Positions 1 to 9,500 of a stretch of 32,000 nt of DNA are shown piece by piece (the stretch's first letter is position 1; each line of letters starts with the position of its first letter). Source of the stretch: Candidatus Electrothrix yaqonensis (lineage in GTDB: Bacteria; Desulfobacterota; Desulfobulbia; Desulfobulbales; Desulfobulbaceae); the NCBI GenBank assembly GCA_047651235.1, contig CP178758.1, positions 3,330,001-3,362,000 on the forward strand. Direction: 5' to 3'. A program made the position numbers and the translations under genes. Below the pieces are notes generated by a model. That model did no database searches, was not told the origin of the DNA, and was given only the letters and a program-made list of their open reading frames with translations.

Positions 1-363
1 CTTCTGTTCTTCATAGACCTGCCTGGCTTTTTCCTTTTCCAGGACTTCGCCGTGAACCGGTTTGTTATCAATCCACATGATGAATTCAGCCACAGCGGCC
101 TGTTCAGGAATCGGAAAGGAGTAGATTGCCTCAAGGTCCCGGTTATGCGGATTATAAAAAATCTGCTCCACAGTGGTGATGGCATAGCCGTCCTCAATCA
201 CTACCTTCACCAGATGATCCTTGATCTCCAGAGCCGGAAGACTACTGTTTCGGGGTGTCAGCAGACCGGCTGCCGAGGCAGTGGCTGCCCAGAATACGGA
301 CCAGAGTGCAGCTGCAAAGCAGCAGATGAGCATGTTGCGTGTACGGTGTTTAACGTCTTGCAT
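1..363 (-). CDS. VIT-domain secreted protein, N-terminal part (gene continues past window start)
   Basis: Absent from the ORF track because it runs off the window. Minus-strand ATG at 363-361 has GGAGG (complement of 369-373) upstream. My translation: MQDVKHRTRNMLICCFAAALWSVFWAATASAAGLLTPRNSSLPALEIKDHLVKVVIEDGYAITTVEQIFYNPHNRDLEAIYSFPIPEQAAVAEFIMWIDNKPVHGEVLEKEKARQVYEEQK. This is a signal peptide followed by the beta-strand pattern ...V.I.DG.A.T.V.Q.F.N....LEA.Y.FP.P..AAV typical of VIT domains. It supersedes plus-strand ORF 52..402. Confidence 0.7.
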   Translation of the reverse strand, partial: MQDVKHRTRNMLICCFAAALWSVFWAATASAAGLLTPRNSSLPALEIKDHLVKVVIEDGYAITTVEQIFYNPHNRDLEAIYSFPIPEQAAVAEFIMWIDNKPVHGEVLEKEKARQVYEEQK

Positions 364-399
364 TGTTTCCTCCCTGCGGATTATAAAAAAATCAGGTGC

Positions 400-478
400 T
401 GAACAGTGTTCATTTTTAGGCCAAACAAAAACGAACACTGTTCATATAAATATATACCGCATCATTGAACAGTGTTCA
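400..478. promoter_or_regulatory. Three TetR-type operator palindromes in the divergent intergenic region
   Basis: TGAACAGTGTTCA occurs at 400-412 and 466-478, and CGAACACTGTTCA at 432-444. Half-sites are TGAACA / TGTTCA around one central base. All lie in the 206-bp gap between the VIT gene start (363, minus) and the TetR start (570, plus). Confidence 0.6.
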
Positions 479-569
479 ACTAAAAAAATTCCTTTTTTAT
501 ATTTTCTTGTGTAGCATGGCAAAGCAGATCTATAAATCGATCGGAAACAAGCAGAGGAGAAAAATACAG

Positions 570-1187
570 ATGGGTCGGACAAAAAAAGTAGAATACAAAG
601 AACTCCGTGAGCGTATTCTTACAGCGGCAAAGAATATGGTACGATGTCAGGGATCTGCCGCCCTGAGTATCAGAAAAATGGCTGCCGAAATCGGCTGCGC
701 AGTCGGGACAATCTACAATGTGTTCAGCAATATTGATGAAATCATCCTAACCATCAATTCTGCCACGCTGACAAAGTTGCAGGCCAGACTGCTGGCAGAT
801 GCCTGTTCAGAAGATGATGCCCTTACAGCCTGGGTCCGCCTGAGCCACTCCTATGTGGCCTTCTGCCGGGAGGAGTATCACCTCTGGAGCCTGTTGATTG
901 AGCACAGATTGGCACCGGATAATACGCTGCCTGCGTGGTATCAACAGCAGGTAGATGAGTTGTTTCTGCTGGTCAGCCGGATGGCGGAACCGTTAACAGG
1001 CGGGGATAAAAAAAAGGCGGAACGGGCTGCACGGGTGCTCTGGGCCGGACTGCAGGGGATCTGCTCCCTTGCAGTGAGCGGCAAGCTGGATGTGGTCCAT
1101 GCGGAACCGGCAGATGTGCTGGCTGAATCGCTGGCCCGCAATTATGCGCAGGGACTGATCCTGGAAAGTACCAGTCCGCTGCAGTAG
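570..1187 (+). CDS. TetR/AcrR family transcriptional regulator
   Basis: ORF 465..1187. Preferred start is ATG 570 (MGRTKKVEYKELRERIL...) with GAGGAG about 10 nt upstream. N-terminal HTH signature: AALSIRKMAAEIGCAVGTIYNVFSNIDEI. Confidence 0.85.
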   Translation: MGRTKKVEYKELRERILTAAKNMVRCQGSAALSIRKMAAEIGCAVGTIYNVFSNIDEIILTINSATLTKLQARLLADACSEDDALTAWVRLSHSYVAFCREEYHLWSLLIEHRLAPDNTLPAWYQQQVDELFLLVSRMAEPLTGGDKKKAERAARVLWAGLQGICSLAVSGKLDVVHAEPADVLAESLARNYAQGLILESTSPLQ

Positions 1188-1193
1188 GCGGGT

Positions 1194-3452
1194 TCAGACC
1201 GTTTTCTTCTGATGCGCATATCGATACCGTATTGGCATCATGCCGAACCAGGTAAGAAGCATGAGCGCAGCAGCCGGTACTATAAGCCACAGCCAGCCGA
1301 AATGCATGGTCAGCCAGGCAGCGCCGGTAATCGGAAGCAGAAGTATTCTGGTGGCAGAGCGCAGTGTACCGTTGGCGCTGATAACATCGGCGATCGGCGG
1401 TGAATAATGGTAATATAGGCGCACCAGAGCGCGGCCTGCAGAATTATGCAGCATAAACCGGTCCCGGAAATCCCGGAGGATTTTGACCGAAGGATGAAAC
1501 AGGGACCCAAAGGCTGCTGTTGCTACAAAGCAGGAGTCTGCCGTCTGAAAGGTGACCGAATTGCCGTAATATATTTTTCCGTCAGCAATGGCATAGGCCC
1601 GTGCGTAGAAAAAAGTGCCGGGTTTGAGATTTTCCAGTTTGCCGGTAAAGGAGCCTGTTCCCGAACCTTCGTCGGTGCTGCCTTGTTCAAGGAAATCGTC
1701 TTCACTGCTGTCTGTGTCAGTAGATGTTGACGTTGTTGAGCTGTCATCCTGAGCTATGGCGGTACTGATGAACAGACTTCCTACGCTATGCAGACCTGTC
1801 CGGATCAGATTACCTCCAGCTGCGTAGAATTCGGGAGCAGAAGATGTCGAGCTAGTTGTCTCAGAACTGTCGTCTGTCTCCGTACTGCTGTCACCAGATG
1901 TGGTATCAGTCTCCTCTGTAAAATCTTTTAGTACCGGATTGGGTGCCGTGCTGAAAACAATCCCGAACTGGGTAATACTATTCCCCAGGCCGTTGAAAAT
2001 CGTGGCCGGAATAAGCCCTGTTGTTCTGGTCACCTCATAGGGTGCTCCTGTCAGAATATACGAAGAGCTGCTGCCGGAACTCTGAGAGGAACTGGCAACA
2101 CTTGCCGCAAAAAGTGTATATTTGTTGACAGAAGCACTGGAAATTTCCAGAGCGCCCTTGGCCCCGACCACAACCACGTTGCTCGGAGATACCGCAGCAA
2201 GCGCAAAGGCATAGTCCTCCTCGTTGTCATGCTCAGTGTTTATAATTTCAACGACCGGCTGACCGGCTCCTTCCGTTTTTTTCACCTTTGTTTTCATTAT
2301 GTTTTCCTGAAACAGCGGCGTACTGTCTGCACTGCTCACACCTTCATCGACGGAATAGGTGACCAGTACAGCTTTCCGGCTGCCGTCCTCGGCAATCGTT
2401 ACACCGGTGGCTGCAATCACGGTTCCCGTATCGATCACCCCGTAGAGCACCATCTCATTCTCAGCGGATATGATCTGGACACCGTTCTTCCCGAACTTGC
2501 TGTCCGGCAGACCGCTTGCCGTGAACTGAAACAGGGCGCCGTGCAGTTTCTTTTCTTCCTCTCCTTTTTCGACGGAACCTGCCACAAGAATGCTGCCGTC
2601 CTCCCGAACAGTCATGCCGTATCCCGTACTGGCAACATTGCGGTCCGCCGGAAGCGCTATACCGTCGTAGCCGAATGTCGTGTCCAGCTGTCCGTCTGCG
2701 TCAAAGCGGAGCACCATGAGGCCGATGCTATCTGCCTCACTGTAGGAACCGGAAACAAGTATATGGCCGTCCTCGGTCAGCGCAACGCCTTCCGCATGCG
2801 CATCCTGTCCTACACCACTCAAAGAAAAGCCGGCATCGGCAAAGGACGGGTCCGGGGTTCCGTCCGCCCGGTACCGCGCTACCACAACAGTCCGTCCTTC
2901 GGCTCCCAGCGCGGAACCGGCAAGCAGAATGTGGCCGTCCGGCTGAATGGTCATGGCGATAATTTCATCGTCACTGCCACCCACTGCGGTCACCACCATG
3001 CCTTCCAGCCCGAAGCTCCGATCAAGAGAACCGTCCGGAGTATAGCGGACTACGGCGAAATCATTATTGCCCTCAGCATTACGACTGTATCCGGCAGCGA
3101 GGATTTTTCCGTCCGGCTGCAGGGCCAGGGCAAAAATTTCATCATCAGCAGTCCCGACGGCTGTGGAGACCGTGCCGTCAAAATTGAATGTTTCATCAAG
3201 AGAGCCGTCAGGAAGCAGGCGGAAGAGCATGAAATCCTTGTCAACTGTATTGGTTGTGAAACCACCCACCAGAATCCTGTCGTCCGGCTGTACAAGGACC
3301 GCGTTTGCCTGATCTCCGTACACGCCGATATCCACAGCGACCCGACCGTTATCCCCGAAATCAGAGTCAGGAACGATTGCACCGGCTGTGCAGCAGGAAA
3401 AAAGAATGAACAGAGAACAGAAAAGGGCAGGGCGGAGGCGTCGGATTTTCAT
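1194..3452 (-). CDS. Secreted delta-60-repeat (beta-propeller-like) protein with Ser/Thr/Asp-rich linkers and a Cys-initiated C-terminal membrane module
   Basis: ORF 1194..3494. Start moved to ATG 3452 (MKIRRLRPALFCSLFILFSCCTAGA, a signal peptide). It has tandem ~55-60-aa repeats of the form D.SFG..G.V....G..DD.A.A...QPDG.IL.AG......DFAV.R...DGSLD. The C-terminal 112 aa begin CFVATAAFGS...LRDFRDRFML...YYHYSPPIAD, followed by hydrophobic helices. Confidence 0.75.
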   Translation of the reverse strand: MKIRRLRPALFCSLFILFSCCTAGAIVPDSDFGDNGRVAVDIGVYGDQANAVLVQPDDRILVGGFTTNTVDKDFMLFRLLPDGSLDETFNFDGTVSTAVGTADDEIFALALQPDGKILAAGYSRNAEGNNDFAVVRYTPDGSLDRSFGLEGMVVTAVGGSDDEIIAMTIQPDGHILLAGSALGAEGRTVVVARYRADGTPDPSFADAGFSLSGVGQDAHAEGVALTEDGHILVSGSYSEADSIGLMVLRFDADGQLDTTFGYDGIALPADRNVASTGYGMTVREDGSILVAGSVEKGEEEKKLHGALFQFTASGLPDSKFGKNGVQIISAENEMVLYGVIDTGTVIAATGVTIAEDGSRKAVLVTYSVDEGVSSADSTPLFQENIMKTKVKKTEGAGQPVVEIINTEHDNEEDYAFALAAVSPSNVVVVGAKGALEISSASVNKYTLFAASVASSSQSSGSSSSYILTGAPYEVTRTTGLIPATIFNGLGNSITQFGIVFSTAPNPVLKDFTEETDTTSGDSSTETDDSSETTSSTSSAPEFYAAGGNLIRTGLHSVGSLFISTAIAQDDSSTTSTSTDTDSSEDDFLEQGSTDEGSGTGSFTGKLENLKPGTFFYARAYAIADGKIYYGNSVTFQTADSCFVATAAFGSLFHPSVKILRDFRDRFMLHNSAGRALVRLYYHYSPPIADVISANGTLRSATRILLLPITGAAWLTMHFGWLWLIVPAAALMLLTWFGMMPIRYRYAHQKKTV

Positions 3453-3595
3453 GGCATTTTCTGGGGAAACGGGAAAATTATACAAACAACACAATGAATA
3501 ACTGGAATAACTGAGACGACCTATTTTTATTAATACTGTATCAACAATATAATATACCTACAAGTTCTATTTACTTTCTGTCGGCTTTATTTACT

Positions 3596-4621
3596 CTATT
3601 TGCCGAAATGACAGGCCGGATATCGGCATTCTTTGCAGTTGCGGCATAAACCGCCGTGCCCCATCTCAGCGAACTGTTTCCGCCCGATGGTTTCTCCGGT
3701 CAGAATGCGGGGGAAAATCAGATCGAACACGGTGATTTTATGGAACATGCCGCAGGCAGGCAGGCCGATGACCGGCACTTTACCGATCCGGGCCACGAGA
3801 AACATGGCTCCGGGCAGCACCGGGGTGCCGTAGACCATATCTACAGCACCTGCTTCTCGAATCCCGGTGCGGGTCACATCGTCGGGGTCCACGGACATGC
3901 CGCCGGAGGTGATGATCAGGTCGGCACCGGCTGCCAGACAGAGGCGGATTTCATCGGCAATCCGGCCCATATCGTCGGGCGCCAGCCCCACTCTGACCAT
4001 CTCGGAACCTGCTTCGGCTATTTTTCTGCGCAGCACACCTTCAAATTTATCTTCAATCCGGCCGTAGTAGACCTCGCTGCCGGTGATCACCAGCCCTGCT
4101 TTCACTTTTTTCAGAGCCCGTACCTGGACAATTTTTTCTCCTGATTCGGCAATGGATACAGACTGCTGCACCAGATGCCGTTCTCCGACCAGCGGAATCA
4201 GCCGGCTGGCTGCCACCTGCTCTCCTTTTTTCACCAAGGTGTTTGTATGCAGGGTGGAGCACATGACCTCGCCCAGCAGGTTAAACTGCAGCAGGGCTTT
4301 TTTATTGATTTTCAGCAGGCCGTCATGGGCGGCCCTGAGAGAAATTTTACCTTCCACCACGTCATCGGAATACTCAATCCCCTCGCCGGCAAGGGCTGCG
4401 GCCAGTACACAGGCAGCCTCGTTTTCATGGATTTCCTCCTGGGAGAGTTCAAGGACATAAATGTGTTCCTTGCCCAGACGGCGCAGGTGATCGATATCCT
4501 CCGGCCGAATGATATGCCCTTTTTTAAAGGCACGGCCCTTGAATTTTCCTTTGACGATTTCAGTGATGTCATGCGGCAGGACCATACCCGCAGCCTGATC
4601 AACCGGTATACGTTTTTTCAT
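3596..4621 (-). CDS. Molybdopterin-binding (MoeA/MoaB-fold) domain protein
   Basis: ORF 3596..4891. Start moved to ATG 4621 (MKKRIPVDQAAGMVLPHDIT...). MoCF-binding type core: LVITGSEV...DLIITSGGMSVDPDDVT...PVLPGAMFLVARIGKVPVIGLPAC. Cys-rich tail: CRNCKECRYPAC. Confidence 0.65.
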   Translation of the reverse strand: MKKRIPVDQAAGMVLPHDITEIVKGKFKGRAFKKGHIIRPEDIDHLRRLGKEHIYVLELSQEEIHENEAACVLAAALAGEGIEYSDDVVEGKISLRAAHDGLLKINKKALLQFNLLGEVMCSTLHTNTLVKKGEQVAASRLIPLVGERHLVQQSVSIAESGEKIVQVRALKKVKAGLVITGSEVYYGRIEDKFEGVLRRKIAEAGSEMVRVGLAPDDMGRIADEIRLCLAAGADLIITSGGMSVDPDDVTRTGIREAGAVDMVYGTPVLPGAMFLVARIGKVPVIGLPACGMFHKITVFDLIFPRILTGETIGRKQFAEMGHGGLCRNCKECRYPACHFGK

Positions 4622-4826
4622 GGTTTCTGCAGATTTTGTTTCTGTTCTGCCGGCAGCGGATTTATTCTTTCTTCTTATAGTACTTTTCGGGTAGTATACC
4701 GGCTGTACTGGCTGTACCGATATGCTACATGTACAAGAAAATGTATGCTGATTTCGCAGCTTCGTCAAACCGGAACTGCCCGGATTGGGGATTGGACAAA
4801 ACATACACATACCACAGAACGACATT

Positions 4827-5009
4827 ATGATCAAACAGGAACTCCTTGATATCCTTGCCTGCCCGAAATGCAAAGGCTCTGTCCGGCTCAATGATGAAAA
4901 CAGTGCACTGATCTGCCCGGCCTGTCGGCTTTCCTATACAATTCGTGATGATATCCCCATCATGATCATTGAGGAAGCCCTGCCGCTGCCCGAAGAGCAG
5001 AATCTCTGA
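4827..5009 (+). CDS. Trm112/YcaR (UPF0434) family small zinc-ribbon protein
   Basis: ORF 4785..5009 with start at ATG 4827. MIKQELLDILACPKCKGSVRLNDENSALICPACRLSYTIRDDIPIMIIEEA matches the CPxC...CxxC...Y.I.dgIP.ml pattern. Confidence 0.8.
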   Translation: MIKQELLDILACPKCKGSVRLNDENSALICPACRLSYTIRDDIPIMIIEEALPLPEEQNL

Positions 5010-5044
5010 TCACCCCCTTTTCTTCGTTCCTGCACCCGGCTTCT

Positions 5045-6196
5045 ATGGATCTCCTCGCTGCTCTGTCCGACATATTCATCCTCTGGTTCGACACCTTTGT
5101 GCGTGAACTCGGACAATATCATTTCGGTGACCGTTTTACGATTATCTGTATTTATATTGTTCTGAGCAAAGGAGCAGATATTTTTATCAGCAGAGTGCTG
5201 CTCAGAATAGCCATCCGCACTGTTTTTGATGTGGATGAATATATTGTCCGGTTTATCCATCGACCGGTCTGCGTGTCTGTTTTTCTGCTCGGCCTGCTGC
5301 ATGCTGTGCTGCTGGACCCGGCCTTTCCCGCTCCCTGGGCTGTTGTTCTGCCCAATAGTATAAAAACCCTGATGCTTATTGTCTGGTGGTTTGCCCTGAT
5401 CCGGCAGATCACTATTATGAACGAAAGCAATACGGCCTGGGCGCTGAAGGCTTTTGATAAAACAGCATTTTATATGCTGAAGAATGTCTCCAGGATTCTT
5501 CTTCTGTTTATCGGCATCCTCTGGGTGCTGATTATTTGGGAGGTGAACCTGACCCCGCTCTTTGCTTCGGCCGGGATTGTCGGCATTGCCGTCGCTCTGA
5601 CGGCAAAAGATACGCTGGCGAATTTTTTCGGCGGTATTGCCCTGTTTATTGATGCAGCCTACAAGGTGGGTGATTACATTGTTCTGGAAACCGGGGAAAG
5701 GGGCGAGGTGGCGGAGGTCGGTATCCGGTCTACAAAAATAAAGACCAGAGATGACGTGCTGATTACTATTCCCAACTCGATTATGTCCATGACCAAGATC
5801 GTCAACCAGTCGGCTCCTATGGTCAGCTTCCGGATCCGCATTGATGTCAGTGTCAGCTACGGCAGTGATCTACGTGTGGTAGAAAAAGCATTACTTCGGA
5901 TAGCGAACCAAAATACAGCCTTGGAAGAAAAGCCGGAGCCGAGAGTCAGGGTGCGGAGTTTCGGCGATTCAGGTATTCTGCTGCAGCTGCTGGTCTGGAT
6001 TCAGGAACCGGCCCAGCGCGGGCTGCAGACCCATAATCTGATCAAGATGATTCACATCGCCTTCAAAGAACAGGGCATTGAAATTCCGTTTCCGCAGCGG
6101 GATGTAAATTTGGAGTGGCAGCACGGTGATGCGGAACATATCCTTCAACCGGAACAGGAGCAAGCGCATGAACACCAGCACCAGCATGACACCTGA
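5045..6196 (+). CDS. Mechanosensitive ion channel (MscS family)
   Basis: N-terminal TM helices are followed by LFASAGIVGIAVALTAKDTLANFFGGIALFIDAAYKVGDYIVLETGERGEVAEVGIRSTKIKTRDDVLITIPNS, the MscS pore helix plus beta-domain signature. Confidence 0.85.
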   Translation: MDLLAALSDIFILWFDTFVRELGQYHFGDRFTIICIYIVLSKGADIFISRVLLRIAIRTVFDVDEYIVRFIHRPVCVSVFLLGLLHAVLLDPAFPAPWAVVLPNSIKTLMLIVWWFALIRQITIMNESNTAWALKAFDKTAFYMLKNVSRILLLFIGILWVLIIWEVNLTPLFASAGIVGIAVALTAKDTLANFFGGIALFIDAAYKVGDYIVLETGERGEVAEVGIRSTKIKTRDDVLITIPNSIMSMTKIVNQSAPMVSFRIRIDVSVSYGSDLRVVEKALLRIANQNTALEEKPEPRVRVRSFGDSGILLQLLVWIQEPAQRGLQTHNLIKMIHIAFKEQGIEIPFPQRDVNLEWQHGDAEHILQPEQEQAHEHQHQHDT

Positions 6197-6464
6197 CAGC
6201 ACCACAGTTGTTTTCTATCATTCCAAGCTCTGACCGCGCTGCATATCGGTACGCCGTGAGCTGACCAGACTGGAGCAGGAATTTCCCGAACTGCGGATTG
6301 AAAAAGTGGACATCCTGGCCAGTCCGGGCAGGGCCCTGCAGCAGGGCATCATGATGATTCCGGCCTTGCAGGCCGGGGAGAAAAAATTGAGCGGGATTTT
6401 TCTCAGCGCAGCTAAGGTCAGACGGTTTGTGCAGGAAACTCTGACTGGCGAGGATGGAGGATGA
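6186..6464 (+). CDS. Thioredoxin/glutaredoxin-fold protein with in-frame UGA in the CxxC motif (selenoprotein candidate, U-P-R-C)
   Basis: Not in the ORF track. Reading from ATG 6186 gives MTPDSTTVVFYHSKL[TGA 6231-6233]PRCISVRRELTRLEQEFPELRIEKVDILASPGRALQQGIMMIPALQAGEKKLSGIFLSAAKVRRFVQETLTGEDGG, with stop at 6462-6464. The TGA sits where the first redox Cys follows beta-1. The cis-Pro motif (MIPAL) is present downstream, and there are no other stops in frame. Confidence 0.6.
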
Positions 6465-6505
6465 CACAAGCCTTCTGTCGGATCTGACAGACCCGGCGTG
6501 AAAGA

Positions 6506-9500
6506 TCATTTTTTTTCTATCTCCGCCAGCGTCTTTTCTGCTTCGGGAAGGTAGCGGCTGCCGGAGGTTCTGAAGATATCCACCGCCTCGCGGACGCATT
6601 GCAGGGCTTCATCGCGCTGGCCTTTTTTCAGGAGGATTTTGCTTAGAAGGTGCAGAGCGATACCTGTCTGGTTCCTTCCACCATATTTCTTACTGATGAA
6701 AATGCTCTCCTCACATTTTTCTTTTGCAATATCAATATCATTTTTATGATAGTAGGCTTCAGCAATGGCTGTTAATGGAATTGCCTTGGAATACATTAAT
6801 TCTCTTAACGCCAAGCTCTCCTCTAGCGCGGAAAGGGCTTTATCATACTCTCCAAGAGCTATATAAGCTTTACCGAGATAGGAAAGGCTAACAGACGCAC
6901 CTCCTATCCTTTTCCTTTCTCTGTACATCCTTAAGCTTTCTTCAAAGAAAGACAGGCCCTTCCGGGCATTGCCCTTGAGCAAATAAATATCTCCAATATG
7001 GTTAAGAACCAAGGGGACACCGTAACCGTTTTTTCGTTTTTTTCTCCTTCTGAGTAAATCCTCAAAGAGTTTTAAAGACTCATCCAGTTTTCCTAACTTC
7101 TTATAAACAGCTGCTATGTCGTTTTGCCCAGTTTCAACCTTTAATGCTATCCCCAGTTGTTTCGCTATCTCGAAGGCATCATTATAATATTGCAAGGCAG
7201 TTTTTAATTCTGAACATTTGGTGGAATAAAAAAAGCCTAATTGCCCCAATGATGCCCTTGTTCCTAATATATCTCCATTTCTTTTCCTTAACCGTAATGC
7301 CTCCTGAAACTGCTCTAAAGTTTTTTCCAGTTCACCTGCCCGCTGAAAGGACAGTCCAATATCAGAGAGCATATCAGAGCGTCCAGAAAGATCGTCTGAT
7401 TGTTTAGTTGCTTCTATACTTTTCTCATAGAATTGAAGAGCATTGTTCACATCACCTGCATCTCTGTAGGTATCGCCGATATCCTGTAAGGCTCTGGCCT
7501 GTGCTAAAATATCTCCGAATTTCTTAGCCAACGCCAAACTCTCCATGCCTTTCTCAAGAGCAACAGCAAACTGTTTTTGCTGGCGAAGAACCTGCCCCAT
7601 CATACGTAATGACAGAGATTGACCAAGAAAATCATCTCCTTTCCTTGACTTCAGACTTTCCTCGTATACAGTCAAGGCTTCCTCCCATCTGCGTTGTACC
7701 TGAAAAGTCTTGCCCAATACCTTGATCAGTATCCGGCATTTGCTGGCCGTATCGCCCTCCTGCTCACAGATCGTAATGCCGTCCCTGCTGACAGCCTCTA
7801 TCTTTTCCAGTTCTCCGACGTTCCAATACAGCAGATACAGATCATACAGCACCTTGGCAAGTTCTCCGGTGTTCCGCTGAGATTTCTGCAAGGCAACAGC
7901 TCGTTCAAAATACTTTTCCGACTCACCCCACTCAGCTTCCTCATAGAGAAATTTCCCCAATGCATGACAAACCTTGCCTTCCCGTCCCTCATCCGGCACT
8001 ATCTGTAGAATTTCTTCTGCCTGTCTGCACCGCTCTACGGCCTTGTCCAGCCCTTCGCATGACCGCTCCAGCCAGCCCATCTCAACCAGCAGGTCAACCC
8101 GCAGCAGCAGGTGCTCTTCGGTCGGCTCCAGTTGTTCCAATGCGGTAAGGCCGTCTTCCAGCAAGCTCCGGCATCGCTCCAGATAGCCCCATTTACGCAG
8201 ATATTCAGCTATCGGAGCAAGCAGGGCTGCGGCTGCGGCGATATCCCCGGCCCGGAAGGTATGATAATGGGCCTCAAGCCGTTGCTGCACCTGTCCAAAA
8301 GTCGGCTTTTCCGGATTGAATTCCAGCTGCTCATAATACGCCGCCATTCGGACATGGCAGTCCCTGCGTTCATCAGCTGATATCCCGGCCCGGCTGAATT
8401 CCCGCACCAGGTCGTGCTGCCGGTACAGCTTTGTCTTCCGGTCAAAAATCACCAGAGCCTTCCTGGTCAGGGATTTCAGCAGTCCGGGAGCCTGCCTGTT
8501 TCCGACGAGATAAGAGATAACCTGCCGGTACATCGGTCGGGGCAGGACGGAAAGTTTGGTGAGCAGATCCCGCTCTTCCGTAGTCAGAGTGCTGCTCAGA
8601 TGGCGCAGGAGATGTTCAACCACATCCGTATCGTGGAAGAACAGAGTCCGGTCTTCAAGGATGTCTTCCAACGGCATGACCTCGGCCAGACTTGCCAGCA
8701 GCTCCATTGCCAGAGGGTGTCCGGCTGTGAGCCGACGGGCCTGTTCAAGAAGTTCCTGATCTTCCTCCACACCGAGGATCTGCAGCAGCTCCAGACTGCT
8801 CTTCGGATCAATATCCTCCAGGGTGTTTTTTGACTGGCAGGAAAAACAGCGGCAGAAAAGAGGCGTAACCCGGCTGACCAGCAAGGCTTTTGATCGATGG
8901 GTCTGGTCCAGCAGGCTACTGAACAGACAGCGTAATCCTTCATTGGCAATTTGACACTGCTCATCCAGGAGTTCGTGAAGATCGTCAAAGACCAGAAGGT
9001 ATTTCTGCTCCGCCAAGGCGGTAAGCAGGAAACTGATTTTGTTGGCAGCAGGGGCAGGATATTCTACCACCCCGCTTAGGGTTTGATCTCCCTGTTCCGA
9101 TAAAAAATAGGCCAGCTCTGCCAGCAACTGATCTAAGTCTGTTTCAGCGGAACATTTTGTCCAGTAAATTCCGGTAAAATCTGCCTCAACCTCCTCGGCA
9201 ATTTTGGCAGCTAAAGACGTCTTGCCGATCCCGGCCAGTCCGTCCACGACAATGATGACCTTTTGCTCATCCCGGAGATCGGCCCGCAACTGGGCCCGTA
9301 TTTCCCTGCGGTCAACAAAATGCCGTACCTGCGGACGCAGGCAGTAGGTCGTGGGGCGTTTACCGGGTGATGTCGGTTCAGTCGGAGACGATTCCGGCGC
9401 AAAAGCAGGATTCCTGGCAATAACCAGTTCCCCCTGTATAAACGACCATCTGCCCGGTGTCTGCTGCTTGTCGCTCTCCATCTGTATGATCTGATCATGC

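Noticed and set aside
52-402. Plus-strand ORFs 52..402 and 221..514
   Set aside because: They are antisense to, or overlap, a much better minus-strand reading: signal peptide plus VIT-domain pattern, with an RBS at the ATG at 363. Their translations have no recognisable features.
2229-3497. Long antisense ORFs inside large genes. Examples: 2229..3497 (+), 14049..15401 (+), 17164..17883 (-), 4175..4849 (+), 21616..22224 (+), 29536..30120 (+), 9497..10141 (+)
   Set aside because: Each lies entirely opposite a gene with clear family motifs. Their translations are low-complexity or Arg/Pro/Gly-rich, as expected for shadow frames of GC-rich coding DNA.
4622-4826. Possible Moco riboswitch in the ~130-200-nt leader of the molybdopterin-binding protein gene
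   Set aside because: I translated the region to the minus strand and could not find the conserved Moco-motif elements or a convincing multi-stem fold. There is only a sigma-70-like TTGACG/TACATT pair and a short GTACAGCC direct repeat.
3596-4891. N-terminal extensions of tracked ORFs: 3596..4891, 13521..15497, 1194..3494, 465..1187, 11578..12141, 22439..23335, 25645..26130, 20224..22197
   Set aside because: Internal ATGs with Shine-Dalgarno sequences give N-termini that match the usual family starts. The extensions are Cys/Ser/Pro-rich and non-protein-like, and some run through hairpin or repeat DNA.
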